Of a DNA stretch of 64,000 bases, positions 49,315 through 62,045 are shown piece by piece. Numbering within the stretch: position 1 is the first letter of the stretch; every line of letters starts with the position of its first letter. The notes beneath the pieces are model-generated. The model did not search any database. It was not told where the DNA came from and saw only the letters and a program-made list of their open reading frames with translations. This DNA comes from Squalus acanthias (taxonomy: Eukaryota). The translations under genes and the position numbers were made by a program. The DNA lies in assembly GCA_030390025.1 (NCBI GenBank), contig CM059432.1:4402001-4466000 (forward strand), read 5' to 3'.

Positions 49315-50360
49315 AAAATTAATTCCTGGGATGTGGGCGTCGCTGGCAAGGCACAGTATTTATTGTCCATCCCTAATTGCCCTCGAGAAGGTGGTGGTGA
49401 GCCGCCTTCTTGAACCGCTGCAGTCCGTGTGGTGAAGGTGCTCCCACAGTGCTAGTTAATTGAAGTGTTTAAGATGATTAAAGGATTTGATAACATAGAT
49501 AGTGTGAAACTATTTCCTCTGGTGGGGGGAGTCCAGAACAAGGGGGCATAACCTTAAAATAAGAGCTAGGCCGTTCAGGGGTGATGTCTGTCAGCACTTC
49601 TTCACACAAAGGGTAGAGGAAATCTGAATTCTCTCCCCCAAAAAGCTACTGAGGCTGGGGGTCAATTGAAAATTTCAAAACTGAGATCGACAGATTTTTG
49701 TTGGGCAAGGGTATTAAGGGTTACGGAACCAAGGTGGGTAGATGGAGTTAAGATACAGATAAACCAGGATCTAATTGAATGGCAGAACAGGCTTTTTTTT
49801 TTATTCGTTCCTGGGATGTGGGTGTCGCTGGCAAGGCCAGCATTTATTGCCCATCACTAATTGCCCTCGAGAAGGTGGTGATGAGCCGCCTTCTTGAACC
49901 GCTACGGTCCGTGTGGTGAAGGTGCTCCCACAGTGCTGTTAGGGAGGGAGTTCCAGGATTTTAACCCAGCGACGATGAAGGAAAGGCCGATATATTTCCA
50001 AGTCAGGATGGTGTGTGACTTGGAGGGGAACTTGGAGGTGGTGGTGTTCCCATGCGCCTGCTGCCCTTGTCCTTCTAGGTGGAAGAGGTCGCGGGTTTGG
50101 GAGGTGCTGCCGAAGAAGCTTTGGCGAGTTGCTGCAGTGCATCTTGTAGATGGTGCACACTGCAGCCACGGTACGCCGGTGGTGGAGGGAGTGAATGTTT
50201 AAGGTGGTGGATGGGGTGACAATCAAGTGGGCTGCTTTGTCCTGGATGGTGTCGAGCTTCTTGAGTGTTGTTGGAGCTGCGCTCATCCAGGCAAGTGGAG
50301 AGTATTCCATCACACTCCTTACTTGTGCCTTGTAGATGGTAGAGAGGCTTTGGGGAATCA
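49315..50360. mobile_element. Composite of LINE tail (-), CR1 (+) and a longer LINE 3' fragment (-)
   Basis: STIYKAQVRSVMEYSPLAWMSAAPTTLKKLDTIQDKA is a CR1-group ORF2 C-terminus. The arrangement duplicates 9420-10225. Confidence 0.85.
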
Positions 50361-50784
50361 AAATGATTTTTAAACCAGCGTCAAAGTTCGCGGAGACTCG
50401 ATTTACGCTCAACGTTACTTACGGGTGAGTGTCTGCTATTTTTTGCGCCGATTTCACCCAGATTGCGCTGATCAAACCCGCGGGCCGATGAGTTACCGTC
50501 CTGCCATTTTGATCATGTAGCTGTGTGGGTTAATGCCGAGTTTGCTCTCGATAGAGGCTCGATGCCTTGTTCCACATGTAGCTGCTCAACAGTGACATCT
50601 TGCGCTGGAATTACGCCAGTGAATTGAAGGCAGTTTATTAAAGAAGACACACGGTTCAGTCTTGCTTAATTGAGACTTTGTAACCTTCATTAATAATGTT
50701 TAAAAAGATTAGTGAATCTTCCCTGCCATTGTTCACAGATAAAAATTAATAATTTATTTAAATAAATAAATCTGTTCCCTCATA

Positions 50785-51115
50785 AAGGAAGAACTTGCAT
50801 TTATATAGCGCCTTTCACAACCTCAGGACGTCCCAAAGCTCTTCGCAGCCAATGAAGTACTTTTGAAGCGTAGTCACTGTTGTAACTGTTGAAACACGCA
50901 AACAATTTGCGCACAGCAAGCTCCCACAAACAGCAATGAGATAACTGACCAGATAATCTGTTTTTTAGTGATGTTGGTTGAGGGATAAATATTGGCCAGG
51001 ACTCTCCTGCTCATGGGATCTTTGACGTCCACCCGAGAGGGCAGACATGGCTTCGGTTTAACGTCACATCGGAAAGACGACACCTCTGACAGTGCGGCAC
51101 TCCCTCAGTACTGCC
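50785..51115 (-). mobile_element. Deu-domain SINE, 5'-truncated
   Basis: Reverse complement of the SINE core and tail. Confidence 0.85.
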
Positions 51116-51269
51116 ATTACAGCTGCTCCTCCGATCCTGCCACCACCTTCCCCACTGGCGGTAACACAGGTAGACAGGAGGTAAATCCACTCGGCCTTGC
51201 ACCCCTTCCCACCACCTCCACCATTTACATGTGGTACATGGGAAGGAAAAGCCAGGGATGGTTTCAACA

Positions 51270-51695
51270 GGGGTCGCACTCTCGCCTCTGAGTCAGAAGG
51301 TTGTGGGTTCAAGTCCCACTCCAGAGACTCGAGCACAAAAATCTAGGCTGACACTCCCAGTGCAGTACTGAGGGAGTGCTGCACTGTCGGAGGTGCCGTC
51401 TTTCGGAATAGACGTTAAACTGAGGACCTGTCTGCCCTCTCGAGTGGACGTAAAAGATCCCATGAGCAGGAGAGTCCTGACCAATATTTATCCCTCAACC
51501 AACATCAATAAAAAACAGATTATCTGGTCATTATCTCATTGCTGTTTGTGGGAGCTTGCTGTGCGCAAATTGGCTGCCGCATTTCCTACATTACAACAGT
51601 GACTACACTTCAAAAAAGAAGTACTTCATTGCCTGTAAAGCGCTTTGGGACGTCCGGTGGTCGTGAAAGGCGCTATACAAATGTAATTCTCTCTT
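51270..51695 (+). mobile_element. Deu-domain SINE
   Basis: Near full-length family match. Confidence 0.85.
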
Positions 51696-51879
51696 CATTT
51701 TTTTTGGGATGGTGTAGAGAAACAGAGAAACAGAGGTTGGGTTGTGAGGCAGCAGTTGGTCCGACTGCCTGTATTGTCCCTCATTCTGCACACTATCCAA
51801 CCTGATTTTGAGCGGGATCATCCAAGAGAATCCATTCAGCCCATGCTGTTTTCAGTCTGAAATCTGTCTACATTCTTAT

Positions 51880-52610
51880 CCTGTTCGCAACCTTGGTGTC
51901 ATATTCGACTCCGACTGAGCTTCCGACCACATATCCGCAGCATAACTAAGACCGCCTATTTCCACCTCCGTAACATCGCCCGTCTCCGCCCTTGCCTCAG
52001 CTCATCCGCTGCTGAAACCCTCAGCCATACCTTTGTTACCTCTAGACTTGACTATTCCAGTGCACTCCTGGCCGGCCTCCCACATTCCACCCTACGTAAA
52101 CTTGAGCCCATCCAAAACTCGGCTGCCCGTGTCCTAACTCGCACCATGTCCCGTTCACCCATCACCCCTGTGCTCGCTGACCTACATTGGCTCCTGGTTA
52201 AACAACACCTCAATTTTAAAATCCTCATCCTTGTTACCAATACCTCCATGGCCTCGCCCCCTCCCTATCTCTGTAATCTCCTCCAGCCCCACAACCTCAG
52301 CGATCACTGCCCTCCTCTAATTCTGGCCTCTTGAGCATCCCTGATTTTAATCGCTCCACCATTGGCGGCCGTGCCTTCAGCTGCCTAGGCCCTAAGCTCT
52401 GGAATTCCCTCCCTAAACCTCTCCGCCTCGCTACCTCTCTCTCCTCCTTTAAGATGCTCCTTAAAACCTACCTCTTTTGACCAAGCTTTTGGTCACCTGC
52501 CCTAATATCTCCTTATGTGGCTCAGTGTTAAATTTTGTTTGATAATCGCTCCTGTGAAGCACCTTGGGACGTTTTACTACGTTAAAGGCGCTATATAAAT
52601 ACAAGTTGTA
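51880..52610 (+). mobile_element. L2 LINE 3' fragment
   Basis: ITPVLADLHWL motif, continuing to the tail. Confidence 0.88.
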
Positions 52611-53143
52611 TTAAATGATTGTCACTCTAATCTATGCATTTTTACTATTTACAGTACTGATATTTATCTATATATGAACATAAGAAATAGGAGCAGGAGT
52701 GGGCCATTCGGCCCTTCAAGCCTGCTCCGCCATTCAATGAGATCCTGGCTGATCAATGTATATATATGTACTGCACATTATACACCAATATCCTTGATTC
52801 TCCCATTTGAATTTGTGCCAGAGTTGCTGATTATGGTATACTGTATATATTTCTTTGCACGGTGATGTATATAAGTAGGACAACCCCCTATATTCCTGCC
52901 AAAAACCTGAGGATGCTGAATGACATTTTAGAAATTATTGACTGGCCATGTTTTCACATAATTCCCATTTTACTGATTGTATTATGAAGAGCTTTTCAAT
53001 GTAAGAAGCAATACAGAGACCCCACTCTCAGGCAGAACACAACACCGCCCGACTACAGTCACAGGCTGCACCAGACGCCCACCCCCCTATCCCCACCCTC
53101 GCAGACCCAAACTCATTGGGAGGTAGAAATGCGGGAAGATCAG

Positions 53144-53916
53144 GGGGGAAAAATTCAGCTGCTTGCGCCTCCCGTTAGCGCCTTAAGAGGGCGCTAATGG
53201 GGCGTAAAGCAGCTAACGCCCGGGCGCAGCGCCGCCCACGCCTCCCGTAAAATTCAGCGGGAGGTTAGCGGCGGCGCCAGCCGGTAGCGCCCTGTGGCGC
53301 TGCGCCGCCAGCGATGACGTCATCACCGTGCGCAGCACCCCGCTCGCGCTCCAGCCGCGATCTTCAGTCGCGCCCCCTGATTTACCGCCAGACGCTATGT
53401 CCGACGGGTTCAGGTAGGCGTACATGCGGCCGGGGCGGCGATATTTAAAGGGGAGGTGGCAGGCGGCCATTTTTGTTGCTGGCCGCCTGCCAGCACCTGC
53501 CCCCGTTGCTGTCCCCGGCCCCCGTGAAGCCCCCCCACCGTGAAGTGCCGGCTGCGCTCCAAGAGCCCGGCACTTCTCTTGAGTGCCGGGCTCTTTTGCC
53601 GGCACTCCCGATCCCTGGGAGCCCAGCTGGGCCCCGGTTCGCGCTGCGCAGGGTCCCTCCCCTTTAAGAAGGGGAGGAAGGCCTGCAATACCGCGGCGCG
53701 ACGTGCCGCAGCGTGTGGCGCTGCGGCATGTAGCGCCAGGATATTCCCTCGCAGCGCCCCAAGAGGGATGCGGGGTGCTTCCAGTGGCGCCCCGCTTCCC
53801 TCTTGGGGCGCAACCACTGAAGTTCCGGCGCGGGGCCGCTAATTTTTTCGGGGCGCTAAAAGTCGCGCCCCGGCGAGGTTAGCGCCCCAAATGGGGCGCG
53901 ACTCAATTTTTACCCC
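53144..53916. mobile_element. PIF/Harbinger-type MITE, family B
   Basis: TIR GGGGGAAAAATT vs GGGGTAAAAATT. TSD is CAG at 53141-53143 and 53917-53919. Confidence 0.92.
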
Positions 53917-53944
53917 CAGGTGTCCTGGCCACATCGAGGTGTTA

Positions 53945-55095
53945 AAAACCATGACAGGGTTTGGATAGAGTAACGAAGGAGAAACTGTTTCCACGGGCAG
54001 GAAGGTCGGTAAACAGAGGACTCAGATTTAAGATAATTGGTGAAAGAACCAGAGGGGGCGATGTGGAGACATTTTTTCCGCAGCGAGTTGTCGTGATCTG
54101 GAATACGCTGCCTGAAAGGGCGGTGGAAGCAGATTCAATAGTAACTTTCAAAGGGGAATTGAATCAAAGCTTGAAGGGGAAACATTTGCAGGGGCTGTGG
54201 GGAAAACAGAAAGGCAGACTATTATCTGAATGGCAATAGATTGGGAGAAGGGGAAGTGCAACGAGACCTGGGAGTCCTTGTGCACCAGTCGCTGAAGGTA
54301 AGCATGCAGGTGCAGCAGGCGGTGAAGAAGGCAAATGGTATGTTGGCCTTCATAGCGAAAGGGTTTGAGTATAGGAACAGGGATGTCCTGCTGCAGTTGT
54401 ACAGGGCCTTGGTGAGACCACACCTTGAGTACTGTGTGCAGTTTTGGTCGCCTTATCTGAGGAAGGATGTTCTTGCCATGGAAGATGTTCAGCGAAGATT
54501 CACCAGGCTGATACCTGGGATGGCAGGAATGACATATGAGGAGAGATTGGGTCGATTGGGCTTATACTCGCTGGAGTATAGAAGAATGAGAGGGGATCTC
54601 ATCGAAACATATAAAATTCTGACAGGTCTGGACAAACTAGATGCAGGAAGAATGTTCCCGATGGTCGGAGAGTCCAGAACCAGGGGTCATAATCTAAGGA
54701 TAAGGGGTAAGCCATTTAGGACAGAAATGAGGAAGAATTTCTTCACCCAGAGAGTGGTGAACCTGTGGAATTCTCTACCACAGAAGGTAGTTGAGGCCAA
54801 GTCATTAAATATATTCAAGAATGAGTTAGATATATTTCTTAAAGATAAAGGTATCAAGGGATATGGGGAGAAGGCAGGGACAGGGTACTGAGTTTGGATG
54901 ATCAGCCATGATCTCATCAAATGGCGGAGCAGGCTCGAGGGGCCAAATGGCCTACTCCTGCTCCTATCTTCTATATTTCTATGTTTCTATGAAAGAGCAG
55001 GGGGGAGTGGGACTAATTGGAGAGCTCTTTCAAAGAGCTGGCACAGGCACGATGGGCCGAATGGCCTCCTTCCACGCTGTATCGTTCTATGATTC
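53945..55095 (+). mobile_element. CR1 3' fragment (about 54200-54990) nested in another CR1 tail
   Basis: 216-aa CR1 ORF2 C-terminus. The outer tail resumes at gaaagagcagggggagtgggactaattgg. Confidence 0.9.
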
Positions 55096-55429
55096 TATCT
55101 TGCGAGCAGGCTGCTTGTCCTTTTTTGAAAGTCTTGGGCTGTCCGTGGTCCTGGTTCTGTTGCCACTGGGCCTGATCCCCTGGTATTTCTGGCTAACAAC
55201 AGGCTCAGTTCAGCCTCTGCGTGAGAACCGGGCGGTGATCAAGTCAGGTTCTGCCAGAGAAGCAGGGTCCAGCACAAGCCAGGTCGGGGTTCACAGTGGG
55301 GTCAGGGTTCACAGCGGGGTCAGGGTGAGCCCAACTCAAGGTGGGGTTCACAGCAGGGTCAGATTCAGCCCATGTCAAGACAGGGTTCACAGAGGGGTCA
55401 GGGTCAGGCCAAGTCGAGATGGGGTTCAT

Positions 55430-55785
55430 AAGAACATAAGAAATAGGAGCAGGAGTCGGCCATTTGGCCCCTCGAGCCTGCCCTGCCATTCAATAAGATC
55501 ATGGCTGATCTTCTACCTCAACTCCACTTTCCCGCACTATCCCCATATCCCTTGATTCCCTTAATATTCAAAAATCTATCAATCACTGTCTTGAATATAC
55601 TCAACGACTGAGCCTCCACAGCCCTCTGGGGTAGAGAATTCCAAAGATTCACCACCCTCTGAGTGAAGAAATTTCTCCTCATCTCAGTCCTAAATGGCCG
55701 ACCCCTTATTCTGAGACTGTGACCCCTGGCTCTAGACTCCCCAACCAGGGGAAACATCCTCTCTGCATCTACCCTCTCAAGCCCT
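55430..55785 (-). mobile_element. CR1 3' fragment
   Basis: MFPLVGESRARGHSLRIRG...WNSLPQR. Confidence 0.9.
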
Positions 55786-55909
55786 GTTCAGGGATAAGGC
55801 CAAGTCAAGACAAGGTTCACAGTGGGGTCAGGACCTGCCTGACAGCCGGATCACATCAGGGAAGGGTTGCAAGACATGCAGACGGGCAACAACGAGAAGA
55901 CTTCACTTG

Positions 55910-56810
55910 GAGAGTCTGTATAGATTTGACATGATATACTTGTGCCTATTGATCAAGCAATGCATATCAAAGTTCGGGTTTTCTAGGGAGATATTACTGA
56001 AGTATATTCAATGCTCCAAATTGATTTAGAAGGATCCTCAGCGACTCCAATAACTCAGCTTGTGGCTATGAAAGTGACAGGAGCTATTAATCTTTTGGCT
56101 ACTAGAATATTGCAGGAACTAAAAGATGATTTTCCTGGCATTGGACAAGGCACCATTTTCATCAACATTGAAGAGGTGACTGATGTAATTTCACAAGACT
56201 GTGGAGAAAACGTGGGAAATATTTCATTCCACTGCTCCTGATCGTGAGTTTTGTGTGAATTTTAAAATTCTCATCCTTGTTTTCAAATCCCTCCATGGTC
56301 TTGCCCCCCCTTCCCTATCTCTGTAACCTCCTTCAGCCCTACAACCCTCTGAGATCTCTGCGCTCCTCCAATTCTGGCCCCTCGAGCATCCCCGATTTTC
56401 ATCGCTCCACCACTGCCTTCAGCTGCCTGGGCCCTAAGCTCTGGAATTCCCTCCCCAAACCTCTCCGCCTCTCTATCTCTCTCTCCTCCTTTAAGACGCT
56501 CCTTAAAACCTACCTCTCTGACCAAGCTTTTGATCACCTGTCCTAATATCTCCTTCTGTGGATCGGTGTCAAATTTGTTTGATAATCGCTCCTGTGAAGA
56601 GCCTTGGGACGTTTTACTACGTTAAAGGCACTATATAATACAAATTGTTGTTGTTGTACAGAGTGGAGAAATGGGCACCAACATTCAACCAGATGACCAC
56701 CCATTAACCCCCGGGATCTTGCATTCCTTCAATGTATCAGCAATGGGTTCCCAGAAAATCATCTTCATGATGAGCACGAAATCCCCAGGGTGAACACACG
56801 TTTTTCTATG
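55910..56810 (+). pseudogene. Highly decayed PIF/Harbinger (HARBI1-like) transposase, split by an L2 (56260-56655)
   Basis: YRFDMIYLCLLIKQCISKFGFSRE, then after a frameshift ITEVYSMLQIDL...VAMKVTGAINLLAT...GIGQGTIFINIEEVTDVI...ISF. After the L2 come GILHSFNV and SPG*THVF. The order follows the Harbinger motifs YR..YL....C..RLRF, KV..AL..YA.G..Q..GISQ....I.EVT, HSLNVQ and YPGS.HD. Confidence 0.65.
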
Positions 56811-57748
56811 TTCATTAATCTTAGTGAAAAAGTAGATGTGCGTCACAGTGGTGCAGCCTCACTAGAAAGCGTTGTGTTCATCGGTGTCTGTTTGGGGGGG
56901 GGCTGTTCCTATTCAATAACAGTGGACAAATAAACTCCTCTCTCCTCCTTTAAGACGCTTCTTAAAACCTACCTCTTTGACCAGATCTTCGGTCACCTGC
57001 CCTAATTTATCTGATGTGGCTCGGTGTCATATGTTGTTCGATAATGGCGCCTGTGATGCGCCTTGGGACGGTTTCACTTCATTAAAGGCGCTGTATGAAT
57101 GCAAGTTGTTGTTGTGTTAACGTGCACGCTATGGAATGTCAGAAACACTTTGAGACGTGAGTGGAAACGACCCTTGTATCGGCCATTAGTCGTTTACCCT
57201 TGGCAATTATGAGCTGGGCTGGTACCTTTATTGGTGCGGAATTGATTGGTGCTCAGGTGCTAGCCAAGGCATTAATCTTTACCCTCGTTTGAGTTCTGAG
57301 TCTAATTCTTTGTGGCGGCGGTTATTCTCCCTTTGTCAGTTATCAGAGGCCGTTATCCCAAACTGTAGCTGTTGAAACCAGTGCAAATTCCCTCAGGAAA
57401 GGAGTAATGGGTCTACAACAATGCTCCTTCTAACTTTTTTTTCGTGCGCGGTTCCCTTAAGTGGCCCATTCAAATTTTCGCCCGTGCGCTGCTTCTTCCA
57501 TTTAACAGCCGGTGAGCGGCCTGCGCGGGACCTCCAGACCGCTGCCACACGGCCACGCAGCTTAGCTGGTCTACAAACCCTCCCCCCGCCCGCCCACCCT
57601 CCTCCCTATAAGGGTTGCCATCTCGGGCTGGACGTAGTCCGAGGGGTTTTGTCACATGATCTCCCGCTTCCAGCCGCACCGCGCAGTCAAGTCGCCTTTT
57701 TTTTCTCCATCGCTTTATAACAAACAAACAACAGCGTTCAAAGGTAAG

Positions 57749-58439
57749 GGGCCAGATCTTGCGACCCCTATGGATGCGGACGAGGTGCGGACGAGGTGCA
57801 GACGAGGTGCGGACGAGGTGCGTACGCGCCCATAGGGGCCGCGCAAGTGCCGGGTTTAGGCATGCGAAGCGCACGCGCTGAAAACCGGCACTTGCGATCT
57901 GTCAAGAATCCTCTCGACAGATCCTCCGCCTGCTGAAAACCTGTCAAAATCTTATGCCTGGTATTAAAATAATATTTTTTCACTCATTTGTAATTTTGAA
58001 ATACCTTTTAAAAAGGTAAGTTTATTTTTAGCCCCGTAAAAAACTTTAATTATTTTTTTCAAAAAATAAAATTTTTGTTTAAAATATTTAATTTAATGTA
58101 ATTTTAACTAATTTTAAATATGTGATTTAAAAAAAATTAATTTAATGTTTAACTTTTTTAAGTGATCCCCATTCATACTTTTGACGATCTGTGCGAAGAG
58201 ACCTGTCTAAAGTGTGAAGGGGGATTCCCTTCTTTGATTGGTTCCCCATGGCCCACGTGATCCCAGGGGCGCTTGCGAACCGCCTGCGCCCCTGGGATAC
58301 CTGGGCCTCTGCGCATTTCGTAGTGGAGAGGTCCAGGATCGGAAGCCTCAGGACCTACGGAACCAGCAAGTAAGTGCAGAGATTTTTTCCGATCGGAGGC
58401 ATCCGCCCGCGGGAAGCCTCCGATCAGAAATTCAGGCCC
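57749..58439. mobile_element. PIF/Harbinger-type MITE, family A variant, nested in a hAT-like element (about 57610-58557)
   Basis: TIR GGGCCAGATCTT vs GGGCCTGAATTT and the same AT-rich core. The outer ends are AGGGTTGCCA and TGGCGACCCTG. An 11-bp tandem (TGCGGACGAGG) lies at about 57776-57821. Confidence 0.7.
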
Positions 58440-58734
58440 AATGAAAGACAACACACTATTTCTTTTAATGCACCAATGATTTTTCTCCTGGGTTGCTGGC
58501 AGATTGATCGTCAATTCCTGAAGACTCCAGGGCAGTCCTGGAGGGTTGGCGACCCTGCTGCAGTTGACACATCTTTGATCGTTCACCTGGAATATTTGTG
58601 CCCCCTGCAACCTTTGACCCCCAGTTAGCTGCACCAGCTTGAATAGCATTGAAGTAGAGCAGCGGAATCATCAAGGCCATTTCAGGACATGGATCGATCC
58701 GAATAACAGATCAGTCTTGCTCTAGTCTATGCTG

Positions 58735-59135
58735 ACAGAAATCTAGGCTGACACTCCCAGTGCAGTGCTGAGGGAGTGCTGCACTGTCAGAGGTGCCGTC
58801 TTTTGGATGAGACGTTAAACCGAAGCCCCGTCTGCCCTCTCAGGTGGACGTAAAAGATCCCACGGCACTATTTCGAAGAAGAGCAGGGGAGTTATCCCTG
58901 GTGTACTGGCCAATATTTATCTCTCAATCAACATCACTAAAAACAGATGATCTGGTCATTATCACATTGCTGTTTGTGGGAGCTTGCTGTGCGCAAATTG
59001 GCTGCTGCGTTTCCTACATTACAACAGTGACTACACTTCAAAAAGTACTTCATTGGCTGTAAAGCGCTTTGGGACGTCCTGAGGTTGTGAAAGGCGCTTG
59101 TGAAAGGCGCTATGTAAAACGTAAGTCTTTCTTTT
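58735..59135 (+). mobile_element. Deu-domain SINE, 5'-truncated
   Basis: Core and tail match the family. Confidence 0.85.
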
Positions 59136-59559
59136 TAGTGAATCTATCTGATAAAGATTCTTTTCTGTCAAAATAAACAATCTCCTTCATTGGAATAAAG
59201 TCGCCCAGAAATAAATTTATCCCCTCCCCTAAACTCAACCCTAGCTGTAAACCACTCTTCATCCTAACCCATATCTTATGCTCTACCCTAAACTCGCAAG
59301 CAATTCTTAAGAGTGTTTTTTACATTTGTTTCAGGATGTGGGCACTTACTGCCTATTCCTAGTTCCCCTTAGTCTTCCGTAGCAATTGTTTTACAATCGC
59401 ATGGCTTGCTAGACCACTTCAGAGCGCATTAATATTCAACCACTTAGTGCAGTCATAAGCAGATTCCCTTTCCTGAAGGACATTAATGCACCACTTCTGA
59501 CTGTTGCAGCAGTTCACAGCTTTCATATGGCCAGCGCGCAACTTTATCGAATAACATCA

Positions 59560-61160
59560 GTAGGTTGTGGGTTCAAGTCCCCCCACTCCGGAGACCTGAG
59601 CACATAATCCAGGCTGATGCTCCAGTGCCAGTACACACGAAACACAAGAAATAGGAGCAGGAGTCGGCCATTCGGCCCCTCGAGCCTGCTCTGCCATTCA
59701 ATGAGATCATGGCTGATCTTCGACCTCAACTCCACTTTCCCGCCCGATCTTTTTCATTGGAGGCAGTTGAGAGAAGGTCCACGAGGTTGATTCCGGAGAT
59801 GAAGGGGTTGTCTTATTAAGAAAGGTTGAGCAGGTTGGGCCGATACTCATTGGAGTTTAGAAGAATGAGAGGGGATCTTATTGAAACTCATAAGATTCTG
59901 AAGGGGCTTGATGCAGAGAGACTGTTTCCCCTTGTGGGGGAATCTAGAACTAGGGGGCATAATTTCAGAATAAGGGGGCACCCTTTTAAATCAGAAATGA
60001 GGAGGAATTTCTTCTCTCAGAGAGTCGTGAATCTTTGGAATTCTCTTCCCCAGAGAGCTGTGGAGGCTGAGTCATTGAATATATTTAAGGTGGAGATAGA
60101 CAGATTTTTGAAAGGTAAGGGAGTCAAGGGTTATGGGGAGCGGGCAGGGAAGTGGAGTTGAGGCCAAGATCAGATCAGCCTTGATCTTATTGAATGGCGG
60201 AGCAGGCTCGAGGGGCCAAATGACCTACTCCTGCTCCCACGTCTTATGTTCTTCTGTTCTATGTTCTCCATAGCCCTTGATTCCCCTAGAGTCCCCAAGT
60301 TTTTGGTCACCTGCCCTAATATCTCCTTTTGTGGCTCGGTGTCAAATTGTTTGATAATCGCTCCTGTGAAACGCCTTGGGACGTTTTACTACATTAAAAG
60401 CGCGATATAAATACAAGGTGTTGTTGTTGAGTTCAAAAATCTATCGATCTCAGCCTTGAATATACTCAACGACTCAGCATCCACGGCCCTCTGGGGCAGA
60501 GAATTCCAAAGATTCACAACCCTCTGAGTGAAGAAATTCCTCCTCATCTCAGTCTTAAATGGCCGACCCCTTATCCTGAGACTGTGACCCCTGGTTCTAG
60601 ACTCTCCAGCCAGGGGGAAACAACCTCTCAGCATCTACCCTGTCAATCCCCCTCAGAATCTTGTATGTTTCAATGAGATCACCTCTCATTCTTCTAAACT
60701 CCAGAGAGTTTAGGCCCAATCTACTCAATCTCTCCTCATAGGACAGCCCTCTCATCCCAGGGATCAATCTAGTGAACCTTCGTTGCACCGCCTCCAAGGC
60801 AAGTACTGAGAGAGTGCTGCACTGTCGGAGGTGCCGTCTTTTGGATGAGACGATAAACTAAGGCTCCATCTGTTCTCTCAGGTGGACGTAAAAGATCCCA
60901 GGGCCACTATTTGAAGGAGAGCAGGGGGAGTTTGCCCCAGTGTGCTGGCCAATATCTATCCCTCAACCAACATCATTAATTATAGTGGTTGCCTATCATC
61001 ATTAAAACAGATTATCTGGTCATTTATCTCATTACAGTTTATGGGAGCTTGCTGTGTGCAATGTTTCATACGTTACAACAGTGACTACCCTTCAAAAGTA
61101 TTTCCTTGGCTGTAAAGCACTTTGGGACGTCCTGTGGGTGTGAAGGGCTCTATATAAATA
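59560..61160. mobile_element. Three-level nest: SINE (+) containing CR1 (-), which contains a CR1 (+) and an L2 tail
   Basis: SINE at 59560-59635 and 60805-61160. CR1 (-) at 59640-59750 and 60266-60805. CR1 (+) at 59755-60265. L2 tail at 60297-60430. Confidence 0.8.
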
Positions 61161-61454
61161 TTTAAATAAGTGTCCTATGCTTGTTGTAGGACCTTTTTGT
61201 CAAATCGGTTTTGCCCCAGTGTTTGACTCGTCACGTGATAAACTCTCCCAGAAAATCATGGCGCTAAGAGTCAAGAAGGAATCTGAAGGAGCATTATTAA
61301 AAGGGCTCATCCCCTTATACACACAGGTTAGTTGCTGGTTTGTCTTCTGAGACTGCTGGTTAACTTCTGGGTCTTCGTTTGGACTATTTTCTGTCATTCA
61401 ACGGGGCAGCAGTCCCTCAGTACTGCACTGAAATATCAACTTAGGTTATGTGGT

Positions 61455-62045
61455 CAACAACATTATCAACAACTTGTATTTCTATAGCGCCTTTAACGTA
61501 GTAAAACATCCCAAGGTGCTGCACAGGAGCGATTATCAAACAACATTTGACACCGAGCCACATAAGGAGATATTAGGGCAGGTGACCAAAAGCTTGGTCA
61601 AAGTGGGAGGTTTTAAGGAGCGTCTTAAAAGAGGAGAGAGAGGTAGAGAGGCGGAGAGGTTTAGGGAGGGAATTCCAGAGCTTGGGGCCCAGGCAACTGA
61701 AGGCACGGCCGCCAATGGTGGAGCGATGGAAATCGGGGATGTTCAAGAGGCCAGGATTGGAGGAGCGCAGAGATCTCGGAGGGTTGTAGGGCTGGAGGAG
61801 GTTACAGAGATAGGGAGGGATGAAGGATTTGAAAACAAGGATGAACATTTTTTAATTGAGCTTGTCAGACCAGTAGGTCAGCGAGCACAGGGGTGATGGG
61901 TGAACGGGACAAGTTAGGACACAGACAGCAGAGTTTCAGATGAGTTCAAAGTTTATGGAGGGTGGAATATGGGAGGTCAGCCAGGAGAGCATTGGAATAG
62001 TCAAGCCAGAGGTAACAAAGGCATGGATGAGGGTTTCAGCAGTGA
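61455..62045 (-). mobile_element. L2 LINE 3' fragment
   Basis: GGRAFSCLGPKLWNSLPKPLR...DQAFGHLP. Confidence 0.88.

Noticed and set aside
53144..53916. GC-rich blocks (also 4803-5553 and 15973-16691) as CpG-island promoters or genes
   Set aside because: They are bounded by TIRs and 3-bp TSDs and are related to one another, so they are MITEs. Their ORFs are GC-content artefacts.
55240..55430. Imperfect GGGGTCAGGGTTCACAG repeats as a functional array
   Set aside because: Short, degenerate and split by a CR1. I cannot assign it beyond low-copy tandem repeat.
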